Shown here piece after piece: positions 44,501 to 54,600 of a stretch of 64,000 nt of DNA. A program made the translations under genes and the position numbers. The DNA is taken from contig JAZTWN010000055.1 of NCBI GenBank assembly GCA_045635905.1, forward strand, positions 1,894 through 65,893, written 5' to 3'. Source of the DNA: Acutalibacteraceae bacterium. GTDB lineage: Bacteria; Bacillota; Clostridia; Oscillospirales; Acutalibacteraceae. Below the pieces are notes generated by a model that did no database searches, was not told where the DNA came from, and saw only the letters and a program-made list of their open reading frames with translations. Each line of letters opens with the position of its first letter. Positions within the stretch are counted from its first letter, which is position 1.

Positions 44501-45636
44501 ATAATCTCATCATCGGGAATTTTGTCACGCTGTCCGTTTTTAATAAGCTCAAACTGCTCCATATTCAGGCGTCGTACAAGCTCACGAAGCTGATATAAGC
44601 CATCCTGATCACTGTACTTAACCATAAGCTGCGTATAGTTATAGGTTACCCTCCAGAGCTCATCGTGGTCTGAAACAATAACACCGGACTGTGAGCCGTT
44701 CTGACCGTTTGCACCGTTATAAAAGATATCGTCATAGTTAGCACTTGCAAAAAATACGGATTTTCCGTGCTCGGTACCATCTGTTGCAATATAGTTTGTA
44801 ACAGAAAGGCTCTTAAGATGCTGCATTTCGTAGCCGTTGTCATTAACAGTCCAGCCTACCTTAACACAGGTAAAGAAATCTGATACCTTTTTACCCTTTG
44901 CATAATTATCATAGCAAGCTACATTGCCTACATTTTTGAAATATGTTTCATAATTAAGGTGAGATCTTGTTGTAAGCTTTCCTGTATCGGGGTCATACTG
45001 CTTACGTCCATAAGACTGAAGCTGGTTAACCATTGTTACCTCAATACCCATTCGTGCTGCCTCAACAAGCATATATGAAACACGAACAAAGCCCTGCTCA
45101 TCATAGTTTGTTGTGTAAAGAGTACGCATATATCCGTAGTATTTACTTCCGGGAATTACGCACACCGCAGCACCTGCTGATGTACGGTATGAGGAAAAAG
45201 TGATTTTTACATCCTCCTCGGGATGGGCTCTCTTATAAAGAATACACTGATACAAAAGAATACCGAGACCGCAGTTCGGATCGTGAAGTGCCTCATTTGA
45301 TAATCTGTAGAATGCTTCCGATGTTACGGTTTTGCCGTTGATATTTGCATATGTTGCATGACCCAAGCCCTGGAAATTTTCGGGATTGTTGGCAAGGGGA
45401 AACTTGTCATAATAGGGGCTTACCGTATGAGTATTGCTCTCTTTAATATTCTTCTCAATTTCGGGAAGAATTTCATCAAAGAAGCATTCTTCTGTTGCTT
45501 TATAGTATACTGTTGTGCCGAAGGGGTTGGTCTCCGACGGAAGCTGTGTAGCTTCCGCCGCAAAAACCGCAGAATCAAAAGGTATAACTCCTAAAAGCAT
45601 AACAGCAACAAGAATTGTTGATATTATTTTTTTCAT
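41545..45636 (-). CDS. Secreted multidomain dockerin protein: PLD-like N-terminal region, Big_2, LamG-like, calcineurin-type metallophosphoesterase, Ig-like stalk, C-terminal dockerin
   Basis: Signal peptide MKKIISTILVAVMLLGVIPF. Paired HxK...SxN motifs (HLKSLSV...ASANY and HAKDMIM...TSCNY). Big_2 (VAGVVNGKITGKNTGTATITVSDGKTKDTVKVTV). Metallophosphoesterase motifs IGDTQ, GLGDITD, RGNHD, VVTHAY, SGHD. The track start is GTG. I chose the ATG at 45636 (GAGGTG 6 nt upstream). Confidence 0.85.
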   Translation of the reverse strand: MKKIISTILVAVMLLGVIPFDSAVFAAEATQLPSETNPFGTTVYYKATEECFFDEILPEIEKNIKESNTHTVSPYYDKFPLANNPENFQGLGHATYANINGKTVTSEAFYRLSNEALHDPNCGLGILLYQCILYKRAHPEEDVKITFSSYRTSAGAAVCVIPGSKYYGYMRTLYTTNYDEQGFVRVSYMLVEAARMGIEVTMVNQLQSYGRKQYDPDTGKLTTRSHLNYETYFKNVGNVACYDNYAKGKKVSDFFTCVKVGWTVNDNGYEMQHLKSLSVTNYIATDGTEHGKSVFFASANYDDIFYNGANGQNGSQSGVIVSDHDELWRVTYNYTQLMVKYSDQDGLYQLRELVRRLNMEQFELIKNGQRDKIPDDEIIIYPGSETDPVFELYFTPFGGATDVWEPDFNPTCKYIDKLQASDDYVEFTWNSYSAGNCNIKQTLMAKVNDVFCNRPNANNKFSIHLSSFDTEGIEQLKLGSEIGYRNITKSNSGIHAKDMIMSYSENGVRHNVSILTSCNYGMAAFWYRTNSMLVINEIDNEDTPGFYEIFASRFSYGGVGKSFEVNPQTLTLEVGQTYEVEPANYGSAALTWSTSNSSVAGVVNGKITGKNTGTATITVSDGKTKDTVKVTVVECIECYNEGSLTCNTDEQYVLTKKYSSMPLTFEAEFSVDADTLTGTTTILGSDGMYDPCIVFSLNKSGQPRLAIRDVAAYSGTSVYTFSNVNVATGEKVHLAFTMDFNKKEIHCYVNGELMQTKKNVKVPVTFEEKHNAVIGGDHRNGNATYFTGEIYSVAVWSDMRSAAEIAADYKNGIDVKDDKLLAAYDFTKCPEHFVEDLSANNNDLEHILLWQDKEDVAPVGDFDYSFAVIGDTQTMCEKDPEAMEAIYDWLVENKTSQKIEYVIGLGDITDDSTDGEWVTAINSISKLNGIIPYSLARGNHDDWDDFNRNLHNGFYEKNVEGMMNEGTVSLTDPDQPGLIPVEQEDGSIIYMTREEDIPEGGDVKGDLTNSYRTFSVQGTDYLIITLDFAPNEETLKWADKIITAHPEHKVIVVTHAYMYRDGTTISEEDCYPPTYYQGYDNAQNGNDMWDKCISKHENVLMVLSGHDPWQHVVYRQDKGRHGNVVTQMLIDAQYVDKNIGSTGMVAMFYFSNDGKTLTVRYYSVEKDCYGSVLSQFTIGLYDHTHEYKEVIQPATLTADGSVSSVCVECSKGESTVIYRPKTIALSEDNFTYNGSVQQPLVKVTDSQGKVLVEGTDYKLTYSGKCIEAGEYNVKVSFIGKYAGEKTLTFVINPVPKPVATVGDVDDDGTVSASDARLALRASVGLEKLNDAQKQAADADKDGAISAADARLILRASVGLEKLK
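41548..41736 (-). other. C-terminal type-I dockerin module (two Ca-binding repeats)
   Basis: VGDVDDDGTVSASDARLALRASVGLEKL and ADADKDGAISAADARLILRASVGLEKLK: duplicated DxDxDG loop + helix segments. Confidence 0.85.
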
Positions 45637-45655
45637 TTCTTCCACCTCTTATGCA

Positions 45656-48600
45656 TCAAGGTATATCTGTAACATTGTAAGTCATTGATACGAGACCACC
45701 GCGTCCCGCTACATCACTTACCCAGGATGCTGAGTCATTATGAGTTGTATATATTCTGGGAGGATTACTGTAATTATCATTATAAAGGTAAGCAAAAGCT
45801 CCGTTTGAAGCAATATTTCCGCTTTGAGTTACAGTTCCTGTAAGATAAATTCTTGAATGATTGGAGGTGATATAGAACACACCACCGTTATTGCGCTTTG
45901 AAGAGCCTGCAATATTTCCTGTTGCCTCAATACCGTCAAATTTTGCACAGCAGCTTGATCTTAATTCAACTGCTCCACCTGTGGATTTTGCGGTATTTGA
46001 TGTAAATTTACAGTTTGTGAAAACTATAGTATTAACATCAGGTCCGTCTACTGTTTTACAGTTGCCGTTCTGGATTTCAACAGCACCGCCGCCGGCACCC
46101 AGTGCCTTATTTTCATTGAATACACATGATGTTGCATTTATAACAAGATTTGCACTTGAGGTATCTGTTGAAATTGCACCGCCCTTAAGAGCTGCCTCAT
46201 TACCGTTAAATGTAACAGTGTTGAGAGTAATGCTTGTTGCAAGAGTGCCATCCGTTGAAGAATCAGCTATAAGAATTGCACCGCCGTCACCGGAAATAAG
46301 CTTATCGTCTTTACCTATTTCACCGATAGATGTGTTTTCTTCAAATACGGAGGAAGAAATTTCGGCTGCTGCACCGGTATCAAGGAATAATGCACCGGCT
46401 ACCTTTGCAGAGTTGCCCTTAAATAAGGTATTTTCACTTACGAATGCCTTACCGCTTCCTGCAACATGCATTGCACCACCTGCTGTTGCCGCAGTGTTGG
46501 AATCAAGAGTAACACCCTTAAGAGTCAGGGTTGTTCCGGCTGTTCCCTCCTCGGAGGTATCAACAACCGATATCGCACCGCCGTTTCCTTCTGTTGCAGA
46601 GTTGCTCTCAAAGGAGGATGCTGTAATTTCTGCTTTTGCACCTGAATCAAGGTATACTGCACCTGCATTAGGAGCAGTATTTCCCTTGAATACTGTATCG
46701 TCGCTTATATCCACCTTACCGCTGCCGGTGATATTCAATGCACCGCCTGTTACTGTTGCTGAGTTATTTTCAAAGCTGCAGCCCTTGATTGTAACGGCAC
46801 CCTTACCTGCAAGATTCATAGCACCGCCATTCTTTGCGGTATTTCCGATGAATTCTGAATCGGAAACTGAAAGTGTACCGCTTGAGCGGAAATCAATCGC
46901 ACCTGCATTGGTGCTTGCAGTATTATTTGTGAATACAGAATCTGCAATTGTAAGATTTACCGATCCGCTGACATAGAACACACCGCCATTGGTGTTATTA
47001 TTTCCTGTTGCAGTAAGTCCTGAAACGTCAACACTGCCTGAGCCGGTAGCATAGATAATTCCGTTGCCGCCTGTAGCAGAATTTTCGATTAACTGTGTAT
47101 TGCTGATTTCAACAACAGAGCTTCCTCTTAAATTGAATGCATGGCCGGTTTTTGCAATATTTCCGCTGAATTTGCTGTTTTCAACAATTACGCTTGAGCT
47201 AACACTTGTAAGAACGCCACCATAGAAGCCTGTTGAGCTGCCTGTAGCCTCTACGCCTGACAGAGTAACAGAGCCTGCGCCCACGTAAGCGACACCGCCG
47301 CCGCCTTCCTGGTCACTGCTTGAAGCAGCATTATTCTTGAATACAGTACCGTTAAATACTGCTTCACAGCCATCTCTTACGGAAGCTGCACCGCCTATGG
47401 ATGCGGAGTTATTTTCATATAAGCCGCCTGTAATTGTAAAGGTGGATGTAGTTCTTGTATTATCTGAATTTGTTGTATATGAAACGTATGTTGCACCGCC
47501 GTGGCCTTCTGCACTGTTCTTTACGAAGGTATTATTACCTGTAGCAGTAAGAGTTGAACCTGCAAGTGCTACAGCACCGCCGTTACCGTTCTTGCCGGCA
47601 TCGGTAAGAACGGCACTGTTTTCAGTAAAGACATTGTCAATCATTGTAACAACACCCTTAATGCTGTAAATCGCACCACCGACATTTGCAGTATTTTTGC
47701 TGAAGGTATTACCGCTGATATCAACTGTTGCAGAATTTATATAAATTGCAGCACCATAGCTTGCTTTGTTTTCACTGAAGCTGCTGCCTGAAACTGAGCC
47801 TGTTGTGCTTGCATCACCGAAATAAAGCACACTGCCGTTCTTGCCCTCGTTACCGCTTGCAGTCATATTTTCTACAGTGCATGTACCGCCCTGTGTATAA
47901 ATAGCACTGTTTCCGGTAGCCTTGTTACCATTAACGGTAACATCCTTAATAGTCACATCACATGCATTACGAAGGTATAATGCAACACCGTGTGTACCAG
48001 AATGATTAAGTATCTGTGAATTACCGTCAATTGTAATTTCAGAGTCGAATGCATGTAAGGCAGCACCGTAATAATTGGTCTTGTTGCCATCAAGAGTAAC
48101 ACCTGTAAGGATTATTGAGCCACCTGATGCTCTTATAGCACCGCCACCTACCGCACTGTCTGTAGAGCCGGTCAAATTACCGAGAGATTCGTTCGCGGTA
48201 AAGCTTACACCCTCTGCAACAAGAGTTGAATTTGTAATAAGATTTATAGCACCACCGGAGGTTGCCTTGTTTCCGTCAAAGCTTCCGCCGCTGATTGTAA
48301 CGGTTGAAGAAACACTGTCAACTGCGCCGCCGTAGTTCTTATTTACAGTACTGTCAGCTTCATTAACTGTTTCATTTGCGATGTTTCCTGTAAATACTGT
48401 ATCTGTAAGGTCGAGACTGCCGTAGCCAACATAGATAGCACCGCCGCCTTCGCCGTTGCCGTCTGCCTTATCGCTGAAGCCCTCTACTGTATTTCCGGTA
48501 AAGACAGTACCGTTAAAGCTTGCTTCGCAGGCACTTCTGATACTTACTGCACCGCCGCCGAGAGCAGTGTTTCCAGTAAACTCACCGTTTTCCATTGTAA

Positions 48601-51600
48601 GGACAGACGGAATTCTCGTTTTTGTTGTTGTACCGTCCGGGCCTTCTTCTTCAAGGTCAAGGTAGCAAACATAGATAGCACCGCCGTGGTTCTTTGATGA
48701 ATTATTTGTAAATACATTATTGCCGGTTACAGAAGCTTCTGTACCGCTGAGATAAATTCCCGCACCGTGATTACCTGATGAGTTGCCGGTAAAGGTATTA
48801 TCGGTAAAGACAGCCGTGCTCTGCTTGAGATATACGCCACCGCCGTAGCTTTTTGAGGTATTTTCCGAAACTGTTGCACCACTAAAGCTTACGTCTGCAA
48901 GCTCTGCATAAACAGCACCTGCAGTGCTTGTGGAGGTATTTTCTGTAATTTCAGTTCCGTTTACGGTAACAACGCCACCGACAGCATACACAACACCGCC
49001 GCCCTTTGCAGTATTTTCTGAAGCCTTGCCGCCAGAAAGTGTTACCTGTGATGCAGAAGAATAAATCGCACCGCCGCTTGCTGTTGAAGCGTTTCCTGAA
49101 ATTTCAGTATCGGTAAGGCTGATATTTGCAGCATCAGCATAAACCGCACCGCCGCTTTCGCTTGCAGTGTTTTCGGAAATAACTGTACCGTTAAAGCTTA
49201 TGTTTGCAGCATCTGAATAAGCGACACCGCCGTTTTTAGCAGTATTTCCTGTGATAGCACCGCCTGTGAATGTAACTGTTGACTTTTCAGCATAAACAAC
49301 ACCACCGGAAGCAGCTGCTGTATTATTGCTGAATGTAGAGTTATTCGCCTCTACCGTTGTGCTCTTTCCGCTTACATAAATCACACCGCCGTTTTTGGAC
49401 TTATTGCCCGTTGCCTCAAGACCGTTTGCTGTAATTGTGCAGCCGTTTGCGTAAATTGCACCGTTATTTGTGCCGGTATTGTCGGTAATCTTTGAATTTT
49501 CAATTGCTACTGCACAGCCTGATTTGAAGTATAATGCTGAGCCTGTGCCGCCCTCGGATTTTGTGATTACACTGCCGTTTGTAACAGTAACCGTTGTTCC
49601 TGTTGCAAGCACCGCACCACCGTAATATTTTGACTTGTTGCCGGAAAGTGTAGTGTTATCAAGAACAATTGAACTGCTGTTTGCCTTGATTGCACCGCCA
49701 CCGATATTACCCGAATATTCCTTATCCTGTAAATCAGATTCATTATTTTCGATAAGCGCACCTGTCACTGTAAGGCTTGTTGCGGATATAGCATTGAACA
49801 CACCGCCGACACTTGCCTTGTTGCCGCTGAAGGTACCGCCTGTTACGATAATATCTGCAGACATACCTGCAACAGCACCGCCAAAGCCCGGATTAATTAC
49901 GTCTTTACCTTCAACTACTGTAGTGGTAGCTGATGCAATATTATCTGTTGCAGTTACATTGGTCAGATTAAGCACACCGTAGCCAACATAGATAGCACCG
50001 CCACCTTCGCCGTTGCCTTCTGCCGCCTTATCATTGAAGCCCTCTACGGTATTACCTGTAAATACAGTACCGTTGAAGCTTGCTTCACATGCACTTCTGA
50101 TGCTTACCGCACCGCCGCCCATAGCAGAGTTTCCGTTAAACTTACCTTTTTCCATAGTAAGACTTGAAGGAACTCTTGTTTCGGTTGTTGTACCGTCAGC
50201 ACCTTCTTCTTCAACGTCATCATAAACAACATATATCGCACCGCCGTGATACTTTGTGCTGTTTGAATCAAAGAGGTTGCTGCCTGTTGCTGTCATTTCA
50301 GAAGCACAGATATACATAGCACCGCCGTGATAATCAGTGCTGTTGCTTACAAAGCTGTTATCCGATAATGCTGCAACAGAATGTGTAGCATATACTGCAC
50401 CGCCGAAGTTCTTTGCACTATTAGAGGTAAATTCGGAGTTATTAACTGTCAATACCGTATTCTCTGAACAATATACTGCACCGCCGGTTACAGCACTGTT
50501 TTCAGAAGCAGTTGTATCTGTAACGGTAACTGTACCGCCTACTGCATATACAGCACCACCGTTTGCGCTTGCCGTATTTTCGGAAACCACAGTGCCGGTA
50601 GCGGAGATATTACCCTTTTCAGTGTAAACCGCACCGCCGTTTTTAGCAGTATTAGCGGAAACACTACCGCCGTTAAATATTATTGTTGAGTTTTCGGTAT
50701 AAACCACACCGCCGCTTGCTGATGCGGAATTTTTTGCAATTGCACAGTCGTTCATTTTTACAACCGTGCTCTTACCGCTTGAATAGATAACACCGCCGTT
50801 TTTAGCAGTATTTCCTGTCATTGTAAGCTTATCAAGGGTAACATTACTTGCATTTGCATATAACACACCGTTATTTGAAGCAGTGTTATTTACAATTTCA
50901 CTTTCAAATACAGATACATCGCAGCTATTCTTGAAATGTAAGGCTGCACCTGTTGAGCCCGCAGAATTTGTGAATCTGCTGTTGATAATATCAACCTTGA
51001 CACCGGATGCCAGAAGAGCACCGCCGTAGTAGCCAGACTTGTTACCGTCGAAAATAACAGTATCCATTGCAAGGCTGCCGCCGACTGCAGTTACCGCACC
51101 GCCGCCTATGGTGTTATCAAAGTCACTGTTTTTATAATCGGATTCGTTACCGATAAATGAGGTATTACTTATAGAAACTATGGATGAGGTCAAAGTATTG
51201 ATTGCACCGCCGACGCTTGCCTTGTTGCCGCTGAAGCTACTGCCTGTTACGGTAATATCAGCCTTTGCACCGTCAACAGCACCGCCAAAGCCCTTGATAA
51301 TGGTATTTGTGCCTTCCTCTGTATATGCTGCTGCTACATTGTTTTCGGCTGTAACATTATTGAGAGTAAGCTTACCGTAGCCAACATAAATAGCACCGCC
51401 GCCCTCTGCGTTGCCGTCGGGAGTGCCTGCGCCCTCTGCATTTATTTCATAGCCGGATACTGTATTTTCTGTAAATACTGTTCCGTCAAAGCTTGCCTCA
51501 CAGTCACTTCTTATACTTACTGCACCGCCGGCTGTAGAGCTGTTATGGGTGAAGCTGCCGCCTGTTACAGTAAGAGTTCCGGGAATTTCGGGAGTAAGTC

Positions 51601-54600
51601 CGTCTGCGCTTGCGTGGATATAGCTTACATAAACTGCACCGCCGTGCTTTGCAGAGCTATTGTCTGTAAATACGCTTGTGCCTGAAACTGTTACGTCTGC
51701 ACCAACGATATCAATAGCACCGCCGTTGCCTGCAGCAGTATTGCCGCTGAAGCTTACATCAGCAAGTGAAGCAGTTGTATTTGTAAGATAAACCGCACCG
51801 CCGTTGCCTGCAGCACCCTCTGTGAAGGTGGTGTTGCTTATGGTTGCAGCACCCTCGGTCTGATATACAGAACCACCGGAGCCGGTTGCAGTGTTTCTTT
51901 CAAATACGCAATTGCTGATTACTGTGTTGCTGTTTTCACAGGTGTAAATTGCACCACCTGTTTTTGCTGAATTTTCAGTAAAGCTTACATTGTCAAAGGT
52001 AGCCTCACCTGCAGCATGATATAGCACACCGCCTGTGCCGCCGGAAACGGAGTTTCCTGTGAAGGAGGAGTTCTTAACATTGAGATTTGATTTACCGCTT
52101 GTGTAAATAACACCGCCGGCTGCAGCAGAGCTATTGCCGCTTGCAGACATATTTTCAATATTGAATTCCTTGCCGTTAAAATAGAAAATACCGTTTTTCT
52201 TTGAGTAGTTATTTGTTACGGTTATATCCTTTGCATCAAGTGAGCTTGAGCTTGTAAGATAAAGAGCCGCACCTGTGCCGCCGTTATTGCCGTCAATAAG
52301 AGTGTTATCCTTGATTGATACTGCGGTTTTTTCAGTATAAACCGCACCGCCGTAATAGCCTGAAGAGTTCTTTGTGATATCACAGTCAGAAATATTTATC
52401 TCGGAATCGTTTGCGAAAATTGCACCGCCGCCTGCCTTATTTGTAAGGTTAGCTTCAGGAGTGGAGTTTTCGGTAAGAACCACGCGTGTAAGATTAATTG
52501 TGCTGTTGGTTCTGCCGCTTATTGCACCGCCGTAAAGAGCGGTATTTCCGTTAAGCTTTGTGTCGGTAATATTAAGAGTACCGCCGATTTTCTGTCCTTC
52601 TGCGTCTGTGAAATATGAAAGGTATATCGCACCGCCGTAATTTACAGCCTTATTTCCGCTGATTTCGGTATTTGCACCTGAAATATTTGCTGTTGCACCC
52701 GAAACATAGAAGGCACCGCCGTTGTTTGCTGCTTCATTGTTTGTGGCAACTACACCGGAAACATCAAAGACTGTGGGAATGATAGCATAAACGGCACCGC
52801 CGTTATTAGCCTTATTTCCGGAAAGAGTGATATTGTTATCTACAAAATTAACCTTACAGCCGTTTACATAAAATGCACCGCCGTTACTTGTAGCAGAGTT
52901 ATCGCTTGCAGTAATATTTGAAAATTCAATATCACTGTTTGTGTAAATTGCAACCGCACCACCGTTTTTAGCTGTGTTACCGGTAAATACAACGTTATCT
53001 ACAGTACCTGTAGCACCTGTGTTATACATAGCACCGCCACCGTAGCTTGTTGATGTTGCAATATTGTTTGTAAGAGTAGCATCTGCTACCGAATACTGTG
53101 AATCATTGAAATATAACGCACCGCCGCGATCAGCAGTATTTTCAGCAAATGAACACTTTTCAATACTTACCACAGAGGATATTTTTTCTTTAGTTGTTTC
53201 ATCCTGTGCATCAAATACGCCTATGGCACCACCGTGACCGGAGGATGTATTCTTCTCGAATACAGTTTCACCTTCAGCGTTAAAGGAAGCACCGTAAACA
53301 TAAACGGCACCGCCGTCACCACTCGGAGCATTGTTGGAGATAAACTTATTATTTATTGAATTAACAGTTGAGGATTCTGTAACAAAAACAGCACCGCCGT
53401 CACCTGTTGTAACACTGTTGCCTGAAATATTATTATCTCTTAATTCAACAACAGAAGCTGAAGCCGCATAAATCACACCGCCGTTCTTTGCAGTGTTTGA
53501 GGAAAGCTCGGAGTTTGCTATTATAACAGCAGATTTGCCGCTTGAATAAAGCACACCTCCGCTTGTACCTGTATTTTCTGTTGCGGTAAGATTATTGAAT
53601 ATTGCTTCACGGCTCTTAACATATAAAATACCGTTAAGTCTGGAGGAATTTCCCTTAAGAACAAGATTTTCTGCCTGAAGAGAATCACCTGAGGCATAAA
53701 CAGCACCGCCTGTGCCGCCTGAGCTGTTTGTAATTTCAGTATTCTTCAGTATAACATCACAGGCATCAAAACGGATAGCACCACCGTAATAGCCGGAGAA
53801 GTTACCGTCAAAAGCTGAATCTGTTATTGTTACGGTTGAATTGTTTGCATAGACAGCACCGCCGCCTGTGGTTGTGCTTACCTTTGCATCGGGAGTTGAA
53901 TTTTCCTTGAAGCTTACCTTTTTAAGGGTAAGTGTGGATGCACTTCTTACACTGACAGCACCGCCTGCAAGAGCAGAGTTACCCTTGAATTCGGTATTTT
54001 CAACATTAAGAACAGAGCCGTTCTTTGTTCCGTCAGCGTTTGTTGAATATGTAAGATAAAATGCACCGCCGTGTGCTGCGGCCTTATTACCTGTGAAGCT
54101 ACAGGTCTTATCAAGCGTAAGAGAGGAAGCATACTGATAAATAGCACCTGCATTATTGTCTGCAGAGTTATTATTAAAGGTTGCATTTTTAAGTGTAAGC
54201 TTTGCATTTGAATAGTAAACGGCACCACCGTTACCGCCTGAGCCTGTTTCAGTCATTACAGCAGCATTTTCGGTAAAATCAACACCGTTCATTTTTACAA
54301 CCGTATCGGTTGAAAGATATACCGCACCACCTGAAACAGCAGTATTCTTATTAAATGAGCTATCGGTCAGCTGAACTGTTGCACCGTTATAAATACCGAT
54401 TGCACCGGCATTTTTTACAGCTGAATTTTCGCTGAATGTGCAGCCGCTGATTATTGCATCACTTTTGCTTGAAATATAAATTGCACCGCCGTTGCTGCCT
54501 GACGATGTTGTATTCATCGCTTTATTATTGCTGAAGGTAGAGTTTGTTATTTCTGCATAGGTTCCTTCTGTACCTTTTTCAGCAGCAGTGGAGCTTGAGC

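Noticed and set aside
45891-46976. A 361-aa plus-strand ORF, plus a series of further 60-115-aa plus-strand ORFs between 47337 and 54059. All are Ala/Pro/Ser/Val-rich and lie inside the giant gene.
   Set aside because: They are antisense shadow frames of the Pmp-repeat gene. The GGTGC(A/C)-rich repeat codons (Gly-Ala/Gly-Gly-Ala) read as low-complexity APP/SAL strings on the opposite strand and lack stop codons. They have no RBS or promoter and no independent motif.
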